Shown here: positions 16,681-25,081 of the stretch, piece after piece
How the letters are laid out: each line of letters starts with the position of its first letter
Position numbering within the stretch: position 1 is the first letter of the stretch
Source: an uncultured Candidatus Saccharibacteria bacterium
Lineage (GTDB): Bacteria; Patescibacteriota; Minisyncoccia; Phycocordibacterales; DSPV01
NCBI GenBank assembly: GCA_964574355.1
Contig: CAZNMD010000004.1
Coordinates: 1-53,480 of the forward strand
DNA: 53,480 bases
Direction: 5' to 3'
The notes under the pieces: model-generated
What the model was told of the DNA's origin: nothing
What the model saw: the letters and a program-made list of their open reading frames with translations, nothing else
Databases searched by the model: none
Translations under genes and position numbers: made by a program

Positions 16681-19230
16681 ATGCGCTCTTTTCCATTTTC
16701 AACACAGTCAGTTGTTGAAGTTTGTTCACACTTTAAAACAAGTGTTGAGAAAGGTCTCTCTGAGGCGGAAGTTTTAGCGCGGCTCCATGTTCATGGGAAA
16801 AACAGTATCGAAATATCTTCTGTAACATGGCAGCATATACTTATTCGTCAATTTGCCTCGCCTTTTATTTATTTGCTTTTAGGGGCTGGGGTGCTCGCTT
16901 TGACGCTCGGTGAATTTGTTGATGGACTTCTCATCGGTCTTTTTCTGATTATTAATGCAACCCTCGGGTTTATTCAAGAATATCGTTCAGAAAAAACTGT
17001 TGAGTATTTGCGAAAATTTGTTGCTCCAGATGCGCATGTTATGCGTGATGGTAAACGAGTAGTCGTTCCGGTTGAAACGCTTGTTCCTGGGGATGTTGTG
17101 TATCTTGAGGCCGGTGACCAGGTACCCGCTGATATACGTATTGTTTCTGAAAATAATTTAACGATAAATGAGTCTGTATTAACAGGAGAGTCTGTGTCAG
17201 TTTCTAAATCAGCACAGGGTAAGGGTGGAAATGGTTTACCAATGACTCTTGTGTTTTCTGGTACAACGGTTGTAAAAGGGGGTGGGGTAGGTGTTGTGTT
17301 ACGTACAGGAAAAATGACTGCCGTTGGAGAGATCGCTCAATTGGTATCAAAAAGTGATCAAAAAAGTAGTTTTGAAGGTGGTATCGCACACTTCAGTCGT
17401 TTTATTTTAAAGCTGGTTTTGGGAACATTACTGTTTGTGTTGGCTGTTAATTTAATTTTGAAAGGGGATTCTGTTGACGTTGGCGATCTGATTCTTTTTT
17501 CAATCGCCCTTGCCGTTTCTGTTATTCCAGAAGCCTTGCCCGTTGTAACAACCTTTTCTCTTTCTCGAGGTGCTCACGAATTAGCCCGCCGAAAGGTGAT
17601 TGTAAAGCGTCTTTCAGCGATAGAGGATCTAGGGGGTATTGAAATTATATGTACTGACAAAACAGGTACGATTACAGAAAATGTATTAACACTGGATGAA
17701 GTATCTCCTGGAGCAAGTTCGCGTTTTGTTGAAATTGCAAACCTTGCAAATGCGGTACGATTTGGAAAACATCCTGTTGAGCCATTTGATGCCGCTTTGT
17801 TACAGGCATTACTGAAACATAAAAAAGATTCAGCTTTTTCTGCAAAGAATAGTGTTCGTCTTATTGATGCACCTTTTGATCCAGAAGTGAGATTGAATGC
17901 AGTTTTGGTCGGAGATCCTGCGAGTAAAAGTGGAAGAATAATTATTCGAGGAGCTCTTTTGTCGGTACTTTCACGATCAAATCTTTCGTCTCAAGAAAAA
18001 AAAGAAGAGCTTGCCTTTGCGAGTGAGGCAGGAAAGGCGGGAAAGAGGATATTGGCGGTTGCTGAGCGTCGAGTTGCGAATGTTTCTGAGTATACAAAGG
18101 GTGACGTTGATATTACCGAAGGTACGTTTACCTATGTTGGAGCTGCGGCTTTTATTGATCCTATAAAATCAACAACAAAGCATGCGCTTGCAGCCGCTCG
18201 TCGTTTAGGGGTGACGGTAAAGATGGTCACGGGTGATGCTCCAGAGGTTGCAGGAGCAGTTGCTTTGGATATTGGCCTTATTGATTCTTCTGACAATCTT
18301 ATAACAGGGGATGCATTTGAGCGGATGTCTCATTCTGAACAAAGAGAAGCTGTTTTCAAAAGTAATGTCTTTGCTCGTGTTACACCAAGGCAGAAATATG
18401 AAATTGTTTCACTTATTCGAGAGCGAAGCACGGTTGGTTTTCTTGGTGAAGGAATTAATGACGCTCCGGCCTTAAAAGCGGCAACGGTTTCTTTGGTTGT
18501 GCCTAGTGCTTCGGACATTGCCAGAGAGGCTGCCGATATTATTCTTATGAAGCGTAGTCTTAATGTCGTTATTGATGGAATTGAACAAGGACGTACGGTT
18601 TTTTCTAATACAACAAAATATATCCGCACGACGCTCGCAAGTAATTTTGGTAATTTTTATGCTGTTGCGGTAGTCTCTTTGTTTATTGATTTTTTGCCGA
18701 TGTTGCCAATTCAAATTCTTCTGCTTAATTTGCTTTCCGATGTTCCTTTAATTGCAATTGCAACAGATCGAGTTGCTTCAAGAGATTTACAGAGTCCAAG
18801 TCGTTACAATATTCGTGAGATTGTTTGGATGGCAACAATTTTTGGAATTGTTTCAACTGTATTTGATTTTATTTTCTTTAGCCTTTTTTACCATCAAGGT
18901 TCAGCCATACTTCAAACAAATTGGTTTTTAGGAAGTCTTCTCACGGAACTTGTTTTTGTTTTTTCTATAAGATCTTTGCTCCCTTTTTATCGAGCAGGTT
19001 TTCCAAGTCGTCCGCTCATAGCTTTGACGGTAGGTGCAGTGTTTATTGGATTAGGACTACCTTTTACCCACTTTGGTCAGTCTTTGTTTGGTTTCGTTGT
19101 ACCAACGTTTACGCACCTTCTTATCATTGTGTTGGTAACGCTGACCTATTTTGCAGCAACCGAAATAGTTAAGTCATTTTTCAAAAACTCAAGTAAGGTA
19201 GGTTTAAAGAGTAGGCACGCAATTGTGTAG
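16681..19230 (+). CDS. Cation-translocating P-type ATPase (P2/P3-like, Ca2+/Mg2+-type)
   Basis: LTGES, phosphorylation site ICTDKTGTITEN, MVTGDAPEVA, GEGINDAPALKAA and a TM4 IPEALP motif. Confidence 0.85.
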   Translation: MRSFPFSTQSVVEVCSHFKTSVEKGLSEAEVLARLHVHGKNSIEISSVTWQHILIRQFASPFIYLLLGAGVLALTLGEFVDGLLIGLFLIINATLGFIQEYRSEKTVEYLRKFVAPDAHVMRDGKRVVVPVETLVPGDVVYLEAGDQVPADIRIVSENNLTINESVLTGESVSVSKSAQGKGGNGLPMTLVFSGTTVVKGGGVGVVLRTGKMTAVGEIAQLVSKSDQKSSFEGGIAHFSRFILKLVLGTLLFVLAVNLILKGDSVDVGDLILFSIALAVSVIPEALPVVTTFSLSRGAHELARRKVIVKRLSAIEDLGGIEIICTDKTGTITENVLTLDEVSPGASSRFVEIANLANAVRFGKHPVEPFDAALLQALLKHKKDSAFSAKNSVRLIDAPFDPEVRLNAVLVGDPASKSGRIIIRGALLSVLSRSNLSSQEKKEELAFASEAGKAGKRILAVAERRVANVSEYTKGDVDITEGTFTYVGAAAFIDPIKSTTKHALAAARRLGVTVKMVTGDAPEVAGAVALDIGLIDSSDNLITGDAFERMSHSEQREAVFKSNVFARVTPRQKYEIVSLIRERSTVGFLGEGINDAPALKAATVSLVVPSASDIAREAADIILMKRSLNVVIDGIEQGRTVFSNTTKYIRTTLASNFGNFYAVAVVSLFIDFLPMLPIQILLLNLLSDVPLIAIATDRVASRDLQSPSRYNIREIVWMATIFGIVSTVFDFIFFSLFYHQGSAILQTNWFLGSLLTELVFVFSIRSLLPFYRAGFPSRPLIALTVGAVFIGLGLPFTHFGQSLFGFVVPTFTHLLIIVLVTLTYFAATEIVKSFFKNSSKVGLKSRHAIV

Positions 19231-19238
19231 AGAGTTTT

Positions 19239-20135
19239 CTATTTTGTATTTTTATACCAGCGTGCATATACACCTGAAGGTAAAAGTCTTCCGTTTGTTC
19301 CGGATTCGAGAATGGTGTTTTCTCCGTATTCAATAGAGCCACTGTATTTTTTTGTTACCTCGTTAAGACAGTTTGCAAGTGTGAGTGGTGAGTATCCAGA
19401 TGCGTAGCCGTTAATAAGAATAAAAAGAGGTGTAGGGGTAAGAATTGATGCGCAGAGCTGAAGAAGCTTTGCAAAATCACGTTCTATTTTCCAAAGTTCA
19501 TCTTTTGGTCCGTGACCAAACGAGGGTGGATCAAGAATGATTGCATCATAAGTGTGGCCACGTTTTTGTTCTTTGGTTATAAAGGTAATAACATCATCAA
19601 CAATCCAACGAACAGGCTTATCATCAAGCTTTGAGAGTTTTGCATTTTCTCTTGCCCATTCAACCGCCTTTTTTGATCCATCAACATGGCAAACTGACGC
19701 TCCTGCTCGTAGTGAGGCTAATGTGGCACCTCCTGTATATGCAAAAAGATTTAACACATTTATTGGACGACCCGCTGTTTTAATAAGTTCAGTCATCCAA
19801 TTCCAGTGTGGTAGTTGTTCGGGAAAAATGCCTGTGTGTTTAAAAGAGGTTGGTCTGATAGAAAAAGTTAAAGAATCATAGTGTAGATTCCATGATTCAG
19901 GGAGGGGTGCTGTTGAATTCCACATTCCACGTTCGCCGATTCGAGTATACGTTGCATGAGCTTTATCCCATACATTTTTTGGTAGGCGTTTTGGCCATAG
20001 TATTTCTGGATCAGGTCGCACGAGCTGTATATCAGAAAATCGCTCAAGTCGTAGGCCGTCACCGCTGTCGATGAGTTCGTAGGTCGCAGTTGGTTTGGCC
20101 GAAAGAAGTTTTGGTGATAGCGGAAGATCTTGCAT
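19239..20135 (-). CDS. Class I SAM-dependent methyltransferase, RlmI/RlmK-like rRNA methyltransferase family
   Basis: NLFAYTGGATLASLRAGA.VCHVDGSKKAVEWARENAKLSKL...YDAIILDPPSFG matches the catalytic-core pattern of that family. Confidence 0.65.
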   Translation of the reverse strand: MQDLPLSPKLLSAKPTATYELIDSGDGLRLERFSDIQLVRPDPEILWPKRLPKNVWDKAHATYTRIGERGMWNSTAPLPESWNLHYDSLTFSIRPTSFKHTGIFPEQLPHWNWMTELIKTAGRPINVLNLFAYTGGATLASLRAGASVCHVDGSKKAVEWARENAKLSKLDDKPVRWIVDDVITFITKEQKRGHTYDAIILDPPSFGHGPKDELWKIERDFAKLLQLCASILTPTPLFILINGYASGYSPLTLANCLNEVTKKYSGSIEYGENTILESGTNGRLLPSGVYARWYKNTK

Positions 20136-20244
20136 GCTTCTATTATGTCATAAAAATAAACTATTTGCAACAGGGTATAACGTAGTTTCTAATCTTTTTT
20201 GTAACGCTATAATACATAGATTGTTAGCTTCTATTTTCTAAACT

Positions 20245-20793
20245 ATGAATGATGTTCATCAGTCAAAAGGTAATTTATATGTAGTAGGGGGGGTTGTGGC
20301 GTTGATTGCTGTTGTTTTTGTTTTTGCTTATAAGGATAAGGGTAGTATTGTGTCACCTACAGAAAGTAATCCTTCTGTTGTGGGTACAACTCCTAGTGTT
20401 CCTACTGCAGAATCGGTTAAGACAGAAAGTAAGACTACTCAAACAACAACCAAGAGTGGCTCAACAGATAAAAGTGTGTGGCCTTCTCCTGTTGAAACTG
20501 TCCCTAAAACAAACGTTTCAGGTCTTCCGACGATGACCTATACTGCCAAAGGTTTTTATCCAATGGTTCTTGAGGTTAAACGAGGTCAATCCGTTCGTTT
20601 TGTAAATGGATCAGGGGGTTCAATGCGTTTGATTTCAAACACTGACGGTGGCCAGAATCCATATCCGGCATTTAGCCAGTCAAAAACTGTTGGTCCAGGC
20701 GGCGTGTACGAGTTCACGTTTACCATTCCAGGAACGTGGGGATTCAAGAATCAGTTTGATGCCGCTCATATTGGTGCTGTTGCGGTTCAGTAA
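20245..20793 (+). CDS. Membrane-anchored cupredoxin-fold-like protein (tentative)
   Basis: TM VVGGVVALIAVVFVFAY, a Thr/Ser-rich linker, and a C-terminal ~90 aa (VLEVKRGQSVRFVN...GGVYEFTFTIPGTWGFKN) resembling a cupredoxin-like sandwich. No Cys ligand is present. Confidence 0.35.
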   Translation: MNDVHQSKGNLYVVGGVVALIAVVFVFAYKDKGSIVSPTESNPSVVGTTPSVPTAESVKTESKTTQTTTKSGSTDKSVWPSPVETVPKTNVSGLPTMTYTAKGFYPMVLEVKRGQSVRFVNGSGGSMRLISNTDGGQNPYPAFSQSKTVGPGGVYEFTFTIPGTWGFKNQFDAAHIGAVAVQ

Positions 20794-20823
20794 ATTGTTT
20801 TAAAAAAGAGAGCATAAAATAAA

Positions 20824-20850
20824 CCCCTGGTGCGCCTGCACCAGGGGTTG
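20824..20850 (+). terminator. Hairpin terminator candidate
   Basis: 10-bp stem CCCCTGGTGC/GCACCAGGGG with a 4-nt loop. Only a weak T tract follows. Confidence 0.45.
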
Positions 20851-21007
20851 CTACTCTCTTGCCATCGGAAAGCAAGAAGTAACGTGTTGCGTCTAGCTGC
20901 TGCCAGGTCACTTCTGGCGAGTATGCTCTTTTTGTCCAACACCATAATAACCGAACCTTGTTTTTTGTCAATATAAGGGTAAAAAGTCGTGTGTTATGAT
21001 GATTTGA

Positions 21008-21793
21008 ATGATTGATGACACTCATGTGTGGCGTCGGGTGGTAGTGCTTATCTGCGCTCTCGTTGTTGTTTTTGTTGTTGTGTTTAATTATTACGATGAT
21101 CGTGTTTCAAAAAAGAAACCAACTGATTTTCAAAGTTGTTTAGAAGCTGGTAATCCTATAATGGAATCGTATCCCCGACGTTGTAATTCGGGAGGCAATA
21201 CATTCGTTGAAGATCTTGGTACTACTCTTGATAAAGATCAGTTAATTCGCGTGATTGAGCCAAAGCCAAATAGTGTCATTTCTTCTCCTGTAACGATTGT
21301 TGGTATGGCTCGTGGCACCTGGTTTTTTGAAGGTTCTTTTCCTGTTACTCTTGAAACTGTAAATGGTGCTGTTATTGCGTCAGGGGTTGCAAAGGCTCTT
21401 GGTGAATGGATGACAGAAGAATTTGTTCCTTTCGAAGCGCTGCTTACGTTTAGCGGTTCGGCGACTGGTTCAACTGTTTTGATTCTCAAGAAAGATAACC
21501 CTTCAGGTTTACCAGAAAAAGATGACCAGTTGTCTTTCCCGGTTATTCTCTCGTCAAAGAACTTAAATTCCGTTCCAGACACCGTTCCTGTTGGTGGAAC
21601 ATTTGGAGGATGTCGTATAAGTGGTTGCAGTGGCCAGATTTGCGCCGAGGAAGAAATGATGAGTACTTGTGAGTACAATCCCATATATGCCTGTTATAAG
21701 AGCTCTGAGGTGCGTTGCGAACGACAAGCAAGTGGAAAATGTGGCTGGACGGAAACAGCCTCTCTTAAGGCTTGTTTGGCGGGCACACAATAA
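21008..21793 (+). CDS. Gmad2 Ig-like domain protein with C-terminal eight-Cys module
   Basis: TM, then IRVIEPKPNSVISSPVTIVGMARGTWFFEGSFPVTL...EWMTEEFVPFEALLTF (Gmad2-like). C-terminal CRISGCSGQICAEEEMMSTCEYNPIYACYKSSEVRCERQASGKCGWTETASLKAC. Confidence 0.5.
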   Translation: MIDDTHVWRRVVVLICALVVVFVVVFNYYDDRVSKKKPTDFQSCLEAGNPIMESYPRRCNSGGNTFVEDLGTTLDKDQLIRVIEPKPNSVISSPVTIVGMARGTWFFEGSFPVTLETVNGAVIASGVAKALGEWMTEEFVPFEALLTFSGSATGSTVLILKKDNPSGLPEKDDQLSFPVILSSKNLNSVPDTVPVGGTFGGCRISGCSGQICAEEEMMSTCEYNPIYACYKSSEVRCERQASGKCGWTETASLKACLAGTQ

Positions 21794-21812
21794 ACGTTGT
21801 ACACTATAAGAC

Positions 21813-22133
21813 ATGGATAGTATTGCTCGATCAGATATTTTTTTCACCGTTACAACTATTGCAATTGTTGTTGTTGGTGCGCTTCTTGCGGGAGTTCTTT
21901 TGTATGCGCTTCGTATGATGCATGATGCTCGGACGATAACAAAATCGTTGAGGGATGAAACAAAAAAAATTATGGGTGACGTTGAAACAATCAGAAAAGC
22001 TGTTACAAGCGATGCTAAAATGGTCCGGGAAGTTGCTGGAAGCGTTGTGAAAGATGCTGCAAGTGCGGTACGAAGCAAGTTTATTAAAAATGATAAAAAT
22101 ACAAACAATGGTGAAAAAGAAAAAAACGGGTAG
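21813..22133 (+). CDS. Small membrane-anchored hypothetical protein
   Basis: TM IFFTVTTIAIVVVGALLAGVLLYAL followed by a charged helical tail. Confidence 0.45.
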   Translation: MDSIARSDIFFTVTTIAIVVVGALLAGVLLYALRMMHDARTITKSLRDETKKIMGDVETIRKAVTSDAKMVREVAGSVVKDAASAVRSKFIKNDKNTNNGEKEKNG

Positions 22134-22488
22134 CGGCTTAAAGGCGGGATTGATTGGTGCTGGTTTGGGCGCTGCAGCGGCTTGGTTTTTATATGCTACA
22201 GAGACGGGTAAAGAAAAAAGAGAGGAATTAGTAGCTCTTGCTGATCGAATTAAAGATGAAGTTGTGGATGAGGCAAAAAAGTTAAAAGAAGACAGTGAGC
22301 CGTCAATTCATGCGGTTATTGATACGGTAGTCTCAAAGTATAAATCAGCAAAAAATGTTGACCCTGCGGTGCTTGGAAAGATAGTCACTGATCTAAAGAC
22401 TCGTTGGAATGAGGTAAAAAGTCAGTTTGATAATTCGTCTGAAGACGAAGATCAAAAAGAGGAAGCTGATTCGAAAAAGTCGACTTAA
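22108..22488 (+). CDS. YtxH-like protein
   Basis: GLKAGLIGAGLGAAAAWFLYATETGKEKREEL is the YtxH-type N-terminus, followed by a charged helical tail. Start moved to the ATG at 22108, giving a 26-nt overlap with the previous ORF. Confidence 0.55.
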   Translation: MVKKKKTGSGLKAGLIGAGLGAAAAWFLYATETGKEKREELVALADRIKDEVVDEAKKLKEDSEPSIHAVIDTVVSKYKSAKNVDPAVLGKIVTDLKTRWNEVKSQFDNSSEDEDQKEEADSKKST

Positions 22489-22504
22489 TACGGGAAAGTT
22501 GCCT

Positions 22505-23266
22505 ATGGTTAAAGAAACTTCATGGGGAGCTGTTTCGGGTTGGTATGATGAAACAGTTGGAAATCCGACCTCCTATCAGTCATCTCTAATTTTACCGAAC
22601 CTTATTCGTGTATTAAATATAAAAAAAGGCGAAAACGTTCTTGATGTGGCTTGTGGTCAGGGTATTTTTTCTCGCGAAATTGCAAAAAAAGGGGCAGAGG
22701 TCTGTGGCGTAGATATATCTCCTGAACTTATTGCTATTGCAAAAAAAGAAAAAAGTCTTGGCATACGATATGAGGTGGCTTCAGCGGAGAAGCTTGATAG
22801 TTTAAAAAATGAATCGTTTGATGCTGCGGTTTGTGTGTTGGCTCTCCAAAACATACGTGATTCATCGGCCGCACTTGCTGAAGTTGGAAGGGTTCTTGTG
22901 CCAGGGGGGCGTTTCGTATTAATTTTGAATCATCCTTGCTTTCGTGTTCCAAAAAGATCAGGGTGGGATTTTGATGATAAAAAAAGTGTTCAGTATCGTC
23001 GCGTTGAGGGATATCTTTCTGAGGCAATGATTGAGATTGATATGGAGCCGGGCAAGGGTGGGTATGGAACAAAAACAGTTTCATTTCATCGACCTTTGCA
23101 ACTTTATTTTAAGCAATTACAGAAACAAGGGTTTTTGGTTCGTCGGCTGGAAGAGTGGGAGTCAAATAAAAAGAGTGAACCAGGTTTGCGTCAGAAGGCT
23201 GAAGATGTGTCACGTAAAGAAATTCCCCTCTTTATGATGATTGAGGCGGTAAAAGAGAGAGGGTAA
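22505..23266 (+). CDS. Class I SAM-dependent methyltransferase (Methyltransf_11-like)
   Basis: VLDVACGQGIFSREIAKKGAEVCGVDISPELI...LVPGGRFVLIL. Start moved to the ATG at 22505. Confidence 0.7.
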   Translation: MVKETSWGAVSGWYDETVGNPTSYQSSLILPNLIRVLNIKKGENVLDVACGQGIFSREIAKKGAEVCGVDISPELIAIAKKEKSLGIRYEVASAEKLDSLKNESFDAAVCVLALQNIRDSSAALAEVGRVLVPGGRFVLILNHPCFRVPKRSGWDFDDKKSVQYRRVEGYLSEAMIEIDMEPGKGGYGTKTVSFHRPLQLYFKQLQKQGFLVRRLEEWESNKKSEPGLRQKAEDVSRKEIPLFMMIEAVKERG

Positions 23267-23282
23267 GAGGTAGAGTAACAAA

Positions 23283-23494
23283 TAAAAAGGCCCGCACACC
23301 AGAGCTACAATAATAGTAGTAGGGATATGGTGGCGGGCCTGACTGTGGGCGTTTGAGGGTTATCCTCAGTGAGGAGTGTCCTCTGCCGGGGTGACTAGAG
23401 CACCCATTGTGCTGTGGTGCATGCTCTTACCTCGCACCGGAGGCTTTGATGCTACGAGGCACGTGTTTTGGTGCCCAGTTCATCGTTACTACAG
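23283..23494 (-). ncRNA. Candidate stand-alone small RNA of unclassified family
   Basis: On the minus strand, TTGACA (23523-23528), 16 nt spacer, TAGTAT (23501-23506). A GC-rich ~210-nt segment with several hairpins follows. It ends in the stem AGGCCCGCCACC/GGTGTGCGGGCCT followed by TTTTTATTT. No plausible ORF. Confidence 0.4.
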
Positions 23495-23627
23495 GATTGA
23501 ATACTACTCCTTGTTTTTTTACTGTCAACAATTTTTAATTTTTGTGGTGTGTACAATTTATCCCTTTTTTCTTATATACTGAACGATATAATACTTTCAA
23601 TTAGAGGTTGTAAATAAGTTTAAAGAA

Positions 23628-23810
23628 ATGAAACATTACGTATGTCCGGGGGATTGTGCGGGTGAGGCAAAAAAGCCTGGTGTGTGTAGTGCAGAAGGGT
23701 GTACTCATGAGGGCGAGGCTTTGGTTGTTTGCGAGTGTTCTGATGGCTCTCACGATGAAGCGCTTTTTGGTGGTCTTGAAAAAGATAGTTTTACTGACGA
23801 CGAGGCGTAA
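23628..23810 (+). CDS. Small Cys-rich acidic protein (60 aa), possible metal binding
   Basis: MKHYVCPGDCAGEAKKPGVCSAEGCTHEGEALVVCECSDGSHDE has six Cys in 37 residues. A strong terminator follows. Confidence 0.5.
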   Translation: MKHYVCPGDCAGEAKKPGVCSAEGCTHEGEALVVCECSDGSHDEALFGGLEKDSFTDDEA

Positions 23811-23833
23811 AAAATTTTCTTTGTAATACAAAA

Positions 23834-23861
23834 TAAAAAATCCGTGTATACGGATTTTTTA
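23834..23861. terminator. Bidirectional rho-independent terminator
   Basis: AAAAAATCCGTgtatACGGATTTTTT, with A and T runs on both sides, between convergent genes. Confidence 0.75.
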
Positions 23862-25052
23862 TTTTGTATCCTTAAGAAAAAGTGCAGGAAGTGTTCCAAA
23901 AAGGCAAAGTGTTCCAAGGACGATGAAACTAAATCCGAAAGGAATTCCTACTGATGAGAAAATAAAAAGAGTACTTGCTGCGAATAAAGGTGCGGCAAGG
24001 AGACCGAAAGGACGAGACATTCTAAAAAATCCTATTTCTTCTGTGTTCGTTGAATCAATTTGTTTAAAGAAGTATGTTTCAACCATAATTTCAACAGCGG
24101 ATGCACCAATACGAGTTATGAAGAGGAACAATGCCCACAAGAAGAATGATTTTGGCAGAAAAGTAAGTAATATTGTCGAAAGGGAAAGAATAATGAATCC
24201 TGTTGCCATAATCTCTTTTTCGCCAAGGTATCGATCGGCGATTTTTCCAAGTGGTAGCTCAAAAAGGAGGAATGGTAAAAGCATGATTGAGAATATGATA
24301 CCAATGGTCCCCCATTCAAAACCAAGAATGGTAGAAAGGTAGAGAGGGGTATAAATAGTCATCCAGGCGTAAAAGAAGTTGAGAAAAAAACTGGCAATAA
24401 AGATGTTTCTTAAGTTTGCTCTGCCTGCAAACGCTTTAATCATCTTTAGCGGATTTCGACCTTTTTTAGGTTTATGATTTTCAAATTGCGATATTACAAT
24501 TGCAAAGAGTGGTAATAAAAAAGCCGCTGAAATGACATAGACTGGGGGGTAGCCTCCAAACCCGATGATGAGTCCTGATAGTGTGGGGGTAATAACAAAA
24601 GCTATATTCGATGCGGTAAGAAAAATACCGCGTGTCTCTCCTGTTGCTTCATTGTTTGATTTTTCTTCAAGAAAAATATCAAGATTGTAAAACAGAAGGT
24701 TTACTAAAATGTTATGAGCGATAAAAAGTATCGCAATTGTTATTTTATCCAAGCCGCTTCCTACTGCCATACCAATGAGGGCCATGAGTTCAAAACAAAT
24801 GGCGAAAATCATGAGGCGCTGATTTCCAAAACGGGAAATGATGAAAGGTAACGTAAAAAGGAGGATAATTGTCCCTAATGATGCTGTTGCGTACAAAAGA
24901 CTGATTGAACGATTCGAAAACCAAGTGCTTAGGTAGGAAGATGATGCATAAACAACAAAAACAACATGAAATGACAAAAGGAGCATCGAAAGGTAGATAC
25001 TCTTTCTTGTGCGCATATCTCTTACTTTTTTGAGTGAAGTGCGATGATTCAT
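23859..25052 (-). CDS. MFS transporter (12 TM)
   Basis: 397 aa with about 12 hydrophobic helices. MFS motif-A-like LGKIADRYLGEKE in the second half. Alternative start at 25016. Confidence 0.7.
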   Translation of the reverse strand: MNHRTSLKKVRDMRTRKSIYLSMLLLSFHVVFVVYASSSYLSTWFSNRSISLLYATASLGTIILLFTLPFIISRFGNQRLMIFAICFELMALIGMAVGSGLDKITIAILFIAHNILVNLLFYNLDIFLEEKSNNEATGETRGIFLTASNIAFVITPTLSGLIIGFGGYPPVYVISAAFLLPLFAIVISQFENHKPKKGRNPLKMIKAFAGRANLRNIFIASFFLNFFYAWMTIYTPLYLSTILGFEWGTIGIIFSIMLLPFLLFELPLGKIADRYLGEKEIMATGFIILSLSTILLTFLPKSFFLWALFLFITRIGASAVEIMVETYFFKQIDSTNTEEIGFFRMSRPFGLLAAPLFAASTLFIFSSVGIPFGFSFIVLGTLCLFGTLPALFLKDTK

Positions 25053-25081
25053 AGAGCTGTAGATCTATAGTCTACCAGACT

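Noticed and set aside
21563-22108. 181-aa minus-strand ORF
   Set aside because: It is antisense to the Gmad2 C-terminus and the small membrane protein gene. It has no RBS or motif, while the plus-strand genes have recognisable features.
23329-23340. tRNA/tmRNA-like 3' end (minus strand reads ...GCCCGCCACCA)
   Set aside because: No complementary 5' acceptor strand (GGCGGGC), no T-arm (GTTCRANYC) and no tag-ORF context occur within the expected distance. The segment is one arm of the terminator hairpin of the candidate sRNA.
23376-23582. 68-aa plus-strand ORF in the GC-rich intergenic region
   Set aside because: There is no RBS and the composition is odd (Cys/Tyr/Phe-rich tail). The region is better explained as structured RNA plus an AT-rich promoter region.
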